Below are positions 50,901-62,969 of a stretch of DNA of 64,000 bases, in pieces (positions within the stretch are counted from its first letter, which is position 1; each line of letters opens with the position of its first letter). Source of the stretch: Phoronis australis (Eukaryota > Animalia > Phoronida); the NCBI GenBank assembly GCA_002633005.1, contig NMRA01000029.1, forward strand, positions 229,707 through 293,706. The letters are read 5' to 3'. Both the position numbers and the translations under genes were made by a program. The notes under the pieces are model-generated. The model searched no databases. It saw only the letters and a program-made list of their open reading frames with translations, and had not been told where the DNA came from.

Positions 50901-53900
50901 GCCCGTGCATAAATTGAGCCTTGCTTAAAGTGACCCACGCATAAACTGACCCTTGCATAAATTGACGCGCCCTAGCAGGCTAATTTGCTAAGCCTGGTCT
51001 CGAGCTATAACACAGAATCTGTCTGTTAAGCTGGTGAGAAAAATCACTTTGAATCTCATCTGAGAGAGGAATAATATTTTTAATTAGATTTTTTATTTAA
51101 ATTTTTGAGCAACAATTAAGACTGATAGCGGCTTTAAACTCAGCAACTTTGCTTCGTATCGACAATTTAATGTGCTCTGCACTCTCTCATTAATCAATGA
51201 TGACAAGCTCTTGTTTCTGTCCAGGCATAACCAAGACAAGAACTTCCTGGTTTGGGTCAACGAGGAGGACCATGCCCGGGTCATCTCCATGGAGTCGACA
51301 GGTAACATGAAGGCGGTGTTCGAGAGGTTTTGTGACGGCTTGAAGCAGGTGGAGGATGCCGTGCGGAGCCAGGGTTATGAGTTTATGTGGAACGAGCATC
51401 TAGGCTACATCCTGACCTGCCCCTCTAACCTGGGTACAGGTCTGCGCGCAGGTGTGCACGTCAAGCTGCCATGTATGGCTAAACACGAGAAGTGAGTTGG
51501 ATAAGTATTGGTCTACTGTCTGGCATGGAAAGTAATTTCTCATACATTTGAAAACTCTTGAAACCCTGGCAAATGACAGTGGAAGATGTTTCCATTGGAA
51601 TAGAGTGGAAGATGTTCACACTGAAAACTTGTAGTTCAAATCTTGTGGTAGACATTATGTTTACCGTATAGATTCTGCGTTTGAATTTTCAATATTCAAG
51701 TTAAAATATGTGCTATGTAATATTGTTGCTAAAATTTGCATGTTCTTGTAAATTGCATAAAAGTTATGACATTCGCAAACCTAGACCAAAAAGGGAGACA
51801 AATATTTAGTCAACGTTTTACCATCGTTTCATGATCCAACTCTTAATATTGCCTCGTAGATTTGACGAGGTCCTCAAAACACTGCGTCTGCAAAAGCGTG
51901 GCACTGGTGGCGTCGACACCGCCTCTACCGATGGCACTTTCGACATCTCCAACCTGGACCGCCTCGGCAAGTCAGAGGTAGAGTTGGTGCAGCTGGTCAT
52001 TGACGGCGTAGAATTGTTGGTGGAGATGGAGAAGAAACTGGAGGCTGGTATGGTCATTGTTGCTTTAATTCGCAGATAATGGCATGCGGTCAGTGTTGCC
52101 TTAATTTAGGGCAAATGAGCGTTTGTCAATTAAAATGCAATTAGGCTGCAGTGGGTTTACCTATGTTGCTACTAATACATTGTTTGCTTAATGGTTAATT
52201 CGACAAGGTTAAAGTTGAAGATCTTATAAGTTGAAGATCTTATATGCTAAGCACAGCAACTGGGGATTTGGATTGTGGAAAATATGTTTTAGTGCTGGAC
52301 AACCACCACACTTCTCTCAGTTTATATTCACCTGCTGTGTTCAGAAGTGGGTGGAGTGGGGTTATAGGTCACGCATATAAAATTAGTAATATTTAATATG
52401 ACTCACTTCATTCGTCACCCAATCAGGTGAGGCCATTGACGAATTGATTCCCACTGGCGCCGTGCGTCCCCCTGGCGACTTCCCTGACCTGTCGCAGCAC
52501 AACAACTGGATGGCCAAGTGCCTGACCCCCGAGGTCTACGAGCAACTCAAGGACAAGAAGACAGCCAGTGGCTTCACTCTTAGCCAGTGTATACAGACTG
52601 GAGTCGACAACCCTGGCCACCCGTACATCTACACGTGTGGTGAGTATTAGTCTCAGGTCTGAGCCAGCCGAATAGGATATTTCAGGATTGATACTATTTC
52701 TGGTAAATGGCGGTGTGGTTCACCTCGGCGTATTTTAAAAATTCTTTTTTCCATTCTCACGAGTCTACTCGATCACATGTCAGAAATATCTGATATTGAT
52801 TGGTCAGCCATGTTGCCAGTTGTATCACATGTTGTAGGGAAATTAAACATAATGAATCATATTTCACATGAAATCTGGGAAATTTGGTGTCTTAAGTCCT
52901 GGACGCATTGTGCTTGACAATCAGGTTTGATGAGCATCTCATATTGACCTACGTTTCAATGGCTAGGTGCTGTTGACGTACATATTAAAAAATAATTACA
53001 GGTGGTCTGTTTCACGATGCATGTTATACCAGAGGTGCGTAGGCCGCTCAGGTGGGCCCATTGCACTGATCACCTGGAACCATTTTTATGCTTGATTGGC
53101 GTATGGGTATTGTTTGGTAGCATCCCTTCATTGACGCAGACTTGATTGAAAGCACGGCTAGTTTTTGTTAGACAGCTTGACGCATTCCCCTATCTTCCAG
53201 CATGCAATTGTGAAGCGAATCGACTGTAGACACTACAAACAAGCAAGTTGAAATAGTAGCTATATTTCGAGACCACAATTCTCATCTCGAACAATAAGTA
53301 ATAAAAATTAATGTGTTGGAAGCGAAATAATGTTGAAATGAACTGGTAGAAGGCCATACAAGCAGAGAGTGTGAATGTAATACACGCAATAGAGCCAGAA
53401 CGTGGGAGGTGTTTATGTAGTTAAATCTGAGCTGAGGAGCTAGAGATCTGACTCAAGGGTCTAACAGTGTGCCCCAGTGGGACTTGAACCCACCATCTTG
53501 AGTAAAGGAAGGGGACACCTATCCCACTAGGCCACACTGCCTCCTCTTAACGTGCTTATCATGTAGACGGTGTTTTCACTTGACCTACACTTTGTTGCTT
53601 AGGTGCTGTTGCCGGTGACGAGGAGTCCTACGAGACTTTTGCTCCCCTCCTTGACCCATTGATCGAGAAGAGGCACAACGGTTACACCAAGGACATGAGT
53701 CACAAGACGGACATTAATGCTGACAATCTGAACGGAGGAGATGACCTTGACCCCAACTATGTGCTCTCGTCACGTGTCCGCACAGGTGAGAATGGATATT
53801 GTTATGATAGAGTGCACGTAATTTACCATTTGGTATACTATGATGAGTAAAGGTTGGCTTGTAACTGCTATAAACCTGTGTTTTTGTCAAAGAAAAGAGC

Positions 53901-56900
53901 AAACTAAGTGGACACCTGCATTACATCGATAAGTGGCTTAAAACTTAATTTTTTAATAAAAGAAGGCAGATTTTTAACACCAAAAGCAGAAATGTGATTA
54001 CGGAAATATGAGACAGATTGAAGTGAGTCCCACTTTCTTGCCGAAACACGTGTGCTTGCAAAATAAAACTGATACGTTTCAAAAGTAAACAATCCACTTG
54101 CAGAACAATACATGGAAGGTAGTTTTGTCTATGACGGTGTCCTACCACAGTGGCTGTTCGTGAATTGAATTTCAAATTTCTAAATTGCTCTTGCTCTAGG
54201 CTAAGCTTCGCACCTTCTGTTAAAATCTGATTGGTGGAAAAATTGAAGTATCTTTTACTATCCTCTTTACAGGACGTTCCATCCGTGGCTATGCCTTGCC
54301 ACCTCACTGCACGCGCGCTGAACGACGAGAGGTCGAGGAGGTTGTGAGCGAGGCTCTTAAGTCTTTGGAAGGTACCTTCAAGGGTCAGTACTACCCTCTG
54401 GCCACTATGACAGAGGCAGACCAGGAGAAGTTGATCGCTGACCACTTCCTGTTTGACAAACCAGTCTCGCCGTTACTGCTATCTTCTGGCATGGCACGTG
54501 ACTGGCCCGATGGCCGTGGTATCTGGTGCGTTTTTGTTCACTATTCTTGTTTTTTCATCAGTTTTGTGATTTTTAAACATTCATTTGTTAAACGAACTTA
54601 TGCTATGTATCTTATCTTAGCAATGAAACGACATTGTGGGAAATGGCATGTCATTAAATTTATTTCTTATTTGATCATGTTTTTTCCTCTGACTTTTATA
54701 TTATGTTGTGGGTGTCTGCAATGATAATCCATCGGAGAACATCCATCAATATTAATCCAACTGTGTTCATCCTGATACTTTGCAAGACTTTCAGTTGCAT
54801 ATTTCTGTAGTATTTCATTCTTTTTAAAAATCTTAACTTGTTTTTCTCAGGCACAATGACGACAAGAACTTCTTGGTCTGGATCAATGAAGAAGATCACA
54901 CGCGGGTCATCTCCATGGAGAAGGGTGGCAACATGAAAGCGGTGTTCACACGCTTCTGCGAGGGTCTGCAAAAAGTGGAGGAACTCATCAAGTCCAAGGG
55001 CAAAGAGTTCATGCACAACGAACATCTCGGCTACATCCTCACGTGTCCGTCGAATTTGGGCACCGGTCTGCGCGCCGGCGTTCACATCAAACTGCCTAAG
55101 CTCAGCAGCGACCCAAGGTTTGGTCCCATCCTGGAGGCACTGCGCCTGCAGAAGCGAGGCACCGGCGGTGTAGACACAGCGTCAACAGACGGCACCTTTG
55201 ATGTATCCAACTCGGATAGGCTGGGATTCTCCGAGGTCGAGCTTGTACAAAAGGTTAGTGGATATAGCTCTTTCCATCATTTTCTGTGAATTATTAACAT
55301 TGAAGTGAAGCACTACTATTTTGTCGTAAGAAATAGGCTGTATGGAAAACATTATGTAAGTGCTGTGAAATTTTGGTCATGCGATTTTGAGTCTCTGTGA
55401 TGTTTCTGTGTAGTTGATACATAGTAGTCAAATGTTGACTTGGGTTGTGCATCATATTTTTTCTCATCATTTCACGGTCTTGGCATATTTTTCTTTGTAA
55501 AAAATCCCAGGTCGCCAAAACTGAAAATCCCAGATCACCAAATCAAATGTAAGGTTGCTGGTTTTGCGTAAAAATCATCGAAAAAAGTTGTATGCTTGTA
55601 CCGTGGCCCATTCTAAGAATGTCACGCGTACCCCGTAAATATACATGCATTCGATTGCATTCACTGGTGGGGCATATTTCACCAATCTTGACTGGTTTTT
55701 GCCGAATATTTGTGACTTTCGCTCCTTTACTTCCTCTTGCAATAAATCTTGGTGGCAAATGCGCCGATTTCACTAAATAAACAGAACAATTGTGAATCAA
55801 TTCAATGCATCTAGGTAAACTGTTAGAAATGTATAGTTTGGAAGTCATCTCGGACTTTGAAATGAATTTGGGGGAATTATTGTCTGGCTTTGATACTGGC
55901 AGTGGCGACTTCATGGCAACTTGAAATTTTCCCAGGTCGCTAAATGCAATCTGAGGTTGCATATGGGACCTGCGGGTTGCTAAATCCATTGCTGATGTGG
56001 AATGTATCACACAGGCGATCATATGCTGGCAGTTGATTTTGAATAGATGCTACATGTTGTCTCGCATCTAGGGTAAAGGGAACTGATAGTTATTTGACAT
56101 TTTAGTAATGGGAAGCGGTTTCTGAACAACTTTTATCGAAGTCTGCTAATGGTGCTGCTTTGAATGATGACCATCTCATAATCCTTTGTGCATATGACGT
56201 CTCACACTATCCATTAAAAGGTCAGTTCAGAGTTCACTAAACACGTAGTTCAAGTACGTTGTAAACTGACCGTCGGTAGTCCTCCGAAATTTACGTCGCT
56301 TTCTTCTCTTTCCAGGTTGTGGATGGTTGCAAGCTGCTGATTGAGATGGAGAAAAAGTGCGAGGCTGGTGAGAGCATTGATGACTTGGTGCCTGCCAACA
56401 CCGTCATGCCGAAGGAACAGAAGCCCGCCTCCTACAGGGCAGAGGTGAGTCATCTCTTGTAATGAGCATTGTTACTGATTTTTTTCAATGTTATTGCAAC
56501 AGAGATATACTCGTCTGGGTTCTGTTTTGGACTTAAAACTCCTCACAACCATTTCTGAAAATGATTAAATGGTACTTGAGCAAAAGTGCAGTCTCTGACA
56601 TTATACACATAAGTGGTAATTACTGTGATAATTTCTGTGTAGTTTGTACTTAAAATTGTGGTAGAAGTCGTCAACAGAATCTAACGTCACTACTAACACT
56701 TTCGCCCCCTGTTGGTTTTAGGTGAAGTCTAGTTGCTACCCTGACCTGTCCAAGCACAACAACTGGATGGCCAAGTTCCTCACTGAGGAACTGTACAACA
56801 AGTTGAAGGACAAGGTGACCCCCAACGGTGTCACGTTGGAGCATATCATTCAGACGGGCGTTGACAATCCAGGTGTGTTACGGACGTCACGGTTTAAAGC

Positions 56901-59900
56901 TTGGTTGTTCTGCGCTATATATGTGTGGAGGTTTCTGTATTAGGAGATGGTTGATTTTCACTAGGCTGGCACACAAATATTTGTTTTACTGTGTGCCAGC
57001 TGCTGTTGTGGTTTACAGTCCATCTGTATATAAGTTCTCCTAATTCAGGTCTGTGTATTGAAAGAATATCATCCTGTTAGTTTTGCTCATAAACAACTGA
57101 CGGCAGTGCAAAAACTGAGAATTTCTGATAAAGAACACAACTTTCATTTCATGCTTTTGAAGGCATAGTTAGGTCACGTGTAAAAGTGATAATTTGTGTT
57201 TCACAGATTACAACTTGGGCTACGTTCGTTATGCTAAGACATTAAGCTAGTGTGACCATGTGTTTTGGTTGTAATGCAAGGCGATATCTCGTGAAGTCTT
57301 ACGTGATCTTGTGTTTTCACAACATTCTTGCAACCATGGAACACAGCCCTGTTTAATATACAAACTCGAGATAGCTCTTGGCATTACTGTCTTTTCTTTT
57401 CCTTTTAGGTCATCCATTCATCTTCACTGTCGGCGCTGTTGCCGGTGACGAGGAGTCGTACGAAACCTTCTCTGACCTCCTTGACCCCGTCATCGAAGGT
57501 CGTCACAATGGCTATGGCAAAGACGCCAAACACAAGACTGACCTCGACGCCAGCCATCTTGAAGGTGGGGATGACCTTGACCCCGAGTTTGTGCTGTCAT
57601 CACGTGTTCGCACTGGCCGCTCATTCAAGGGTCTGCGTCTGCCACCCTGCTGTGACCGACACGAGCGTCGTGAGGTAGAACGCATCCTCACCACGGCTCT
57701 GGGCACGCTCGATGGAGCACTGAAGGGTAAGTTGGCAAGACAGTTTAGTCGTTATAATGATCTGCTTTCTGTTATTGTATTGCCACACTTAGTGTAGATC
57801 TTTACTCAGAGTTAATCTATAGTTAAACCAAACTGGTTCATAAGTAATTGTTGTAGGCAAATCTTTCTTGTGCACATTTTGGCTACTTTGTGTCTAAGGT
57901 CATAATGTTGAAGCTGTAATCTATTACTGAAATTTGTTACGAGTCTGACCTGTACACTCACTCCATCAGGCAAATACTATCCCCTGAACAAGATGACCGA
58001 GGCTGAGCAAGAACAGCTGATTGCTGACCACTTCCTTTTCGACAAACCTGTGTCTCCTCTTCTGCTGTCAGGTGGTATGGCCCGTGATTGGCCAGATGCC
58101 AGGGGAATCTGGTAAGTAGGCTGTAGGTTGCTGTCTATTAAAGTGTGGTCTGATGAGGAATGTTAGTTTACGAGTGTTCAAGGCATGCTGGTTGCCAAGA
58201 TGAAGGGTGCTGAAATCGACATGTTCTAGGAGGCACTCATCTTTTTAGGTTAGGGGGTGTAACTGGGCTTCTAAATTTAGGGCTATATTTATACATGTCC
58301 AAAACAAGCAAAAGTACTTATATCCTATCCCATTTCATGCATGTTAAATCTGAACTGAGAAATCTTCCCAACCAAAAAATTCTGAAATGCACTCATCTCA
58401 ACAGCACATCCCTGCTGTCCACATTTCATTGTCTGCCCCTCGTTAATTATTTGGTGCTGTATCAATATAATTCATGAATATTCTGTCAAACGTGTGACAA
58501 TAAGACAGATCATGTGTCAACTATCCGGAGCCAATCCAGAGTTGTCTTCTGGATGTCCTGATGTGACCTGTCAAAGAAAATATTTGTGAATTGTGCTATT
58601 TTATGGTGTGTTATATTTTTTTATAAGTCCTTTCTTGTCTCAGGCACAATGATGCTAAAAACTTCCTTGTCTGGGTGAATGAAGAAGACCACGCCCGGGT
58701 CATCTCCATGGAGAAAGGTGGCAACATGAAGTCAGTGTTCACGCGCTTCTGCGAGGGCCTCAAGAAGGTGGAAGATTCCGTTAAGAAACAGGGTTCTGGC
58801 TTTATGTGGAACGAACATTTGGGTATGCAATATCAGTTGTCAAAATCTGCAATACACCTGTCTTATACACTTTGAATTTTATTTCTTGTACTTAATTAGA
58901 AGTGATTTCTGGTCATTGGAAGACGTGATGATCGTTTTTTTTTTAACTTGAACTTAATAAGGGGGAATTTGGTATGCCCAGATAACAATGTGGCTGTCTT
59001 TTGAATGACCAATAGATGGACCTACTGGTGCAAAGTGACTAACCAGATTCAAATATATACTAGTTTGCCATCAGTTGTTACACATTGTACTGTGATTAGT
59101 TGCTCATAACTGGAACATGTTTTGGGGCGTACTTTTTTTAGTGAGTTTCTGCAGATTTTTTGAAAATACACTGTGTGCAGGAATGAAATTAGTTGCTGAA
59201 ATTGTACGAGACAACAGGATATTTTCTGCTGGCAAATTCATATAATCCATAGAAAATAACTACGCAATCTGTTACTATAGATTCTCTTTCTCTGAATACA
59301 ATTTATTGTAAATTATCTCCCCTGCAGGCTACATCCTCACGTGCCCCTCTAACCTCGGCACTGGCCTGCGTGCTGGCGTCCACGTCAAGCTGGCCAAAAT
59401 GGCTGACCATCCTCAGTTCAAGGACATCTTACTGGCCCTGCGTCTGCAAAAGCGTGGTGCTGGTGGTGTAGACACGGAGGCTGAGGGCGGACTCTTCGAC
59501 ATCTCCAATCTGGATCGTCTGGGCTTCTCCGAGGTTGAACTTGTACAGCAGGTGAGTCGATATAAATAGACTAATACGCTTACGTGTGTCTCGTATCAAA
59601 AGCCCAAGCTCCAAAGTTGTGTTAGATATTTTCTATGTAGTTTTACTTACTGTGTATTTACAGATGAGTGCGAAAGTTTCAGTTCTCACTTGATGACCCA
59701 ACCATACGATTAGATCTCTGGCCCAGATCTTGCAACAAAATGATGTACAGTATGGATGCGACCTGTCAAATCGTAGCTCAACGTTGACAATTATTTATGA
59801 AAAACGTTTTCAGATATGATGCTTACCACTGGATGTCAAAATATTTCATGTTTATGTTTATTTCTAGGTTGTCAATGGTGTCAAGCTGTTGGTTCAAATG

Positions 59901-60125
59901 GAGAAGAAGCTGATTGCAGGAGAGACCATCGACGACATTCTGCCAGCAGGTGTGGCCGCATGCAACACCGACTCCAAAGAAGCCCCTCCGGCAGCTGAAG
60001 AACAGGCGCCTGTAGCTGACGAACCAGCGGCTCCTGCAGAACAAGAAGCAGCGCCAGCTCAAGAAGAGGCTCCACCTGCTGCAGCTGAAGAGGAAGAGAA
60101 AAAGGAGGAAACACCAGCGGAATAA
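20898..60125 (+). CDS. Three-domain (contiguous trimer) flagellar-type creatine kinase with acylated N-terminus, about 1294 aa
   Basis: Exons 20898-20931, 21397-21403, 32233-32301, 40539-40664, 42058-42159, 45195-45397, 45947-46081 (or 46682-46816), 48518-48676, 49394-49535, 51225-51491, 51860-52047, 52427-52639, 53603-53785, 54273-54525, 54851-55253, 56316-56444, 56722-56872, 57409-57726, 57970-58111, 58644-58822, 59328-59551, 59868-60125 sum to 3885 nt in one open frame. There are three phosphagen-kinase domains, each with DNPGHP(F/Y)[23 protein letters not shown] and GGVD (creatine-type specificity loops). Confidence 0.93.
21397..21403 (+). CDS. CK 7-nt microexon GAACAAA
   Basis: Strong acceptor tttttctatttcttgcag and perfect donor gtaagt; converts phase 1 to the phase 2 needed by all downstream exons. 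Confidence 0.75.
24571..24853. mobile_element. MITE family A, copy 2
   Basis: TIR cagggccctcaat / aatgagggccttg; exact 5-bp flank duplication cactg. Confidence 0.8.
32233..32301 (+). CDS. CK tether exon, Lys-rich ([23 protein letters not shown])
   Basis: Branch ctaac at 32211, tctcttgcag| ... AG|gtattg; 69 nt, phase 2-2, open frame. Confidence 0.7.
33440..33870 (+). repeat. Old dispersed repeat, related to about 19330-19770
   Basis: See the partner copy. Confidence 0.55.
35271..35415. mobile_element. MITE family B with perfect 25-bp inverted termini
   Basis: ggtagagttcagtaacgctaggacc at 35271-35295 and its exact reverse complement at 35391-35415. Confidence 0.8.
40539..40664 (+). CDS. CK tether exon ([41 protein letters not shown])
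   Basis: NAGNAG acceptor ttcag|cag|, donor GG|gtaacg; 126 nt, phase 2-2. Confidence 0.75.
42058..42159 (+). CDS. CK tether exon ([33 protein letters not shown])
   Basis: Branch-like gctaat, acacag| ... GG|gtaaca; 102 nt, phase 2-2, open frame. Confidence 0.6.
42842..42874 (+). CDS. Possible 33-nt CK cassette exon ([10 protein letters not shown] in phase 2)
   Basis: ttgttgttcag| 33 nt |gtaagt; symmetric and free of stops. Confidence 0.35.
45195..52047 (+). CDS. Creatine kinase domain 1 (exons 45195-45397, 45947-46081, 48518-48676, 49394-49535, 51225-51491, 51860-52047)
   Basis: [56 protein letters not shown]. Confidence 0.95.
45496..46960 (+). repeat. Near-identical ~730-bp direct duplication containing a CK exon, joined at an N
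   Basis: 45496-46225 against 46227-46960; a handful of SNPs and a 4-bp indel; N at 46226. Confidence 0.9.
48977..49274. mobile_element. MITE family A, copy 3
   Basis: TIR cagggtcttcagtc / gaatgaaggccctg; same internal blocks. Confidence 0.75.
49624..49760. mobile_element. MITE family B, second copy
   Basis: Shares ttcagta..cgctaggacc, acataatct.gcgaagtcttgctttttag and ggtcctagcgttactgaac with 35271-35415. Confidence 0.75.
50749..50968 (+). repeat. Degenerate 16-bp minisatellite (CATAAATTGACCCTCG-like), about 13-14 units
   Basis: Direct reading. Confidence 0.85.
52427..56444 (+). CDS. Creatine kinase domain 2 (exons 52427-52639, 53603-53785, 54273-54525, 54851-55253, 56316-56444)
   Basis: Follows domain 1 in frame with no stop (EAG|[26 protein letters not shown]); all catalytic motifs intact. 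Confidence 0.95.
53427..53545 (-). mobile_element. tRNA-derived SINE copy
   Basis: Minus strand AGGAGGCAGTGTGGCCTAGTGG (A box) ... GGTTCAAGTCCC (B box), followed by a non-tRNA body TAGACCCTTGAGTCAGATCTCTAGCTCCTCAGCTC shared with 722-758. Confidence 0.7.
56722..60125 (+). CDS. Creatine kinase domain 3 plus Ala/Glu/Pro-rich C-terminal tail (exons 56722-56872, 57409-57726, 57970-58111, 58644-58822, 59328-59551, 59868-60125)
   Basis: [38 protein letters not shown]; stop TAA at 60123-60125. Confidence 0.95.
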
Positions 60126-62888
60126 AATGTTTTCATAAAACTGGGATTTGATTGGTCTGGAAGGATCCGTTATCTGTGGAACTAGACTTATTGGAACAAA
60201 AATCGTCTCTGTGTACGCTTGTGTATGAAAAAGCAGCTTAATTTGAATAACTTTTGACAAGAAATTCGGTTTTGGCATGCAAAGGCTAGAACACCACTAT
60301 GTATTATGTGCAGAGGTGTGCTCAGTGAAGCTATGCACAAAAGTTGAATATTTTCTTTCAGGCATTCACAGATAATTGATCCCTTGGAATTATGTCCCAT
60401 TTTGAAACCTAGTATTGAAATGTTCGACAAATGGTTGGTTGGTTTTAGAATGACATTAATGGATATTTCTGTGTTGGCAATTTCTTGGGTGCTAAAAATG
60501 TTGCTCGAAACGTGTTCAAAGGTAATAAGTGATTTTGCTGCAAACGCAGAGGAAAATGAGCTTCAGTGAGGCAGTAGTTTTCTGTGCAGTTACATTCTTC
60601 CAAAAGCATGCCAACTGTTTTGTGCCAACCAAAGTTCATGTTTCCAACTTTTTTAGAATAATATAACTGCGGACGTTTCTTCCTGCTGTAAATTCTTGCT
60701 CATAAAAAGATCGCTTTTTGTGATATATTGCTGAGGTTTACAAATTGTGTTGTCATGATTTATGTCTTTTTGATTGTTTTCTGTATATACGTATACATAC
60801 CTACTTCTCCATACAAGTGTATATTAATTGCCTAAGTTCTACTGGATAAACGCTTAACAGAAAAGCTATGCACCAACTCAAGAATTTCATTTCTATGTAA
60901 TGAAGAAGACATGCATATGTATCGATTTTATACATTTTTCAATATTTTTAGAAGTGTTTATGTGTGTATGTGTGCCAAGTATTATCAACTTTGTGTTTGT
61001 CGATGTTATTATATTTTTCTTTAATTATTTAAATAGCAAATCGTGTGGACCGGTGACAGTAATATGTCCTTCCTTTATATTGATCATGTGAAGATTTTGT
61101 GTGAAAAAACAAAAAAAGAAAAGCTATATACTTGTAGGTTGTAAGTCTCGAATGCTGTGTTTTTGCGTTATTCTCGGACAATATAATTCATGTTTGTACA
61201 TACGCCGTTTTTCTTTGAAAAAAATTGGCGAGCTTGTGACAGATTTCGTCTGCAGAATTATGTAATAACTCATTGATTACACGCCATCCTGCAAGTTCCA
61301 AGCCAAGTCTATTGTATACAAGTAGACGTTCTTACATTAAAATGAGATTACAAAGAATGTTTCAGAAAGCTTCTGGGAGGGTTAATTGTAACAAATTTCT
61401 CCTTTGTGTATACAAAAGCAGTTGCCTTACAGTTAAATGTTTCTCGGTAGACTTCCTTGCAAATTAAATGATTAGTGTGCGATTTGAACATAAAAACATA
61501 TTAAAATGCCCACCTCATTGATTTAATGGTAAAATCTCGCCTACTTCAAACAAAATGAAGGGTAATCCCAATAATTCCTCAAACATTGTCTAACAACAGC
61601 TGAGGTTTAGAACTTATAACTTTGATGCAATATCTCTATCATTTATACCAAATGCGGAAATGAGGTATCGCATGTCCTGCCATATTTTCTTAAATTGGGA
61701 GATTTTGACATACTTTCATTTCTGAGAGTTCCCAATGAGCACTCTTCAGAAACATATTTCTGTTACAATTTAGTGCTCAATACATAAACCACACTCAAAA
61801 CTTTAAAAATCTTAATTCATGCACATTTGGCTAGCTCGCTTGTGAAAGCACTTCACGGCTGCAGTTCAATACTTTCACGAATTCGCCATTGTGATTGGAA
61901 ACCAGGCGCGACCAAACTAAAGTGGTTATGCATGTTAGGAACCTGCACGCTTTCACGTCTCGTTCTTAAAATTGATGCTAAAACGAGGCATTGTGTCCTT
62001 AACAACAATGCACAACAATCATTTTTTGCAGCACCACCAAAGTGTGCAAGAAGTGAATAAGCCATCCTTGAGGCAGTTATTTCACGGTTGTATCCTAGAC
62101 ATGGGACTTGACACCTCAGTGCACAAGAACTGTAATCCTACGCAAAAGCCATAACGTCCTTCACCAGAGCCACCTGTTGAGTTGGCCGGTATGTACATCT
62201 GCTGAATTTTGCAATTGCACTGCCTTGGCCTGAAGTATTTCAAGACTTCAGAGATCAAAATCTCTGCTCAAAAATTGCAACACCAAGAATTTTACTAAGG
62301 AACGATGTTGAACAGCTTTTCAATGCTGAAATGTTTTCATTCGTACTGTTACTCAGTAAAATAAATATCAGAACTACTGCATATACCAACCATAAGCTGA
62401 CAGAATAATACTTCACCATTTCCTACAGTGACAGTATTAAAAACCCAACAAACTAATGGCAGTAAAAAATACACAACGATTTTCCAAGTAAAGTACTGTC
62501 GTACAATTGTGTATTGAAAGCTATGCCACTGTGACACAGAAATCACTGCAAATGAAATCATTGAAATTGTCTTTAAATCTCTAGTAGTGCTTGAATATGT
62601 GATTTTGCCATACACTAATTTTAAAGTTAATTTGCACTGAATTAAAGAGGGTTTACACAACGATAAATGAACATTAATTATTGACACCACTTATCTACTT
62701 TGGAGCCAAAAAATAAAAAAACATCAGTTTTGTTATACGACAGTTACACAGAGCAAACCGTGATTTTGGCAATTAAGTAGGTTGAAGAATTTTACAAAAT
62801 AAAATCACATTTTACTGCAACGGTGTGAGTTCGACGAAGAGTGACATATTTCCTGATTGACTGAACACGTCATAATAAATAGCTAATC

Positions 62889-62940
62889 CACAATAAGTGT
62901 TTACACAATAAATGTTTACACAATAAGTGTTTACACGATA
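62889..62940 (+). repeat. 15-bp tandem repeat (CACAATAAGTGTTTA)x3.5 in the 3'UTR of the WASP-like gene
   Basis: Direct reading. Confidence 0.8.
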
Positions 62941-62969
62941 GTTAATAGGAATGACCTCAATCCCGGTCA

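Noticed and set aside
50749-50968. CRISPR-like array
   Set aside because: Head-to-tail 16-bp degenerate units with no unique spacers, in a eukaryotic intron.
53469-53545. Functional tRNA gene
   Set aside because: A and B boxes are present but I could not fold a convincing anticodon arm, and it continues into a body shared with another copy, as expected of a SINE.
54249-54256. Second U12-like donor GTATCTTT
   Set aside because: Lies within the acceptor region of an ordinary intron, not at an exon end.
53945-55085. Minus-strand ORFs of 166 and 129 aa
   Set aside because: Antisense shadows of CK exons.
45195-60125. Three tandem separate CK genes
   Set aside because: Domain junctions lie inside open exons with no stop or new start; this is one continuous frame.
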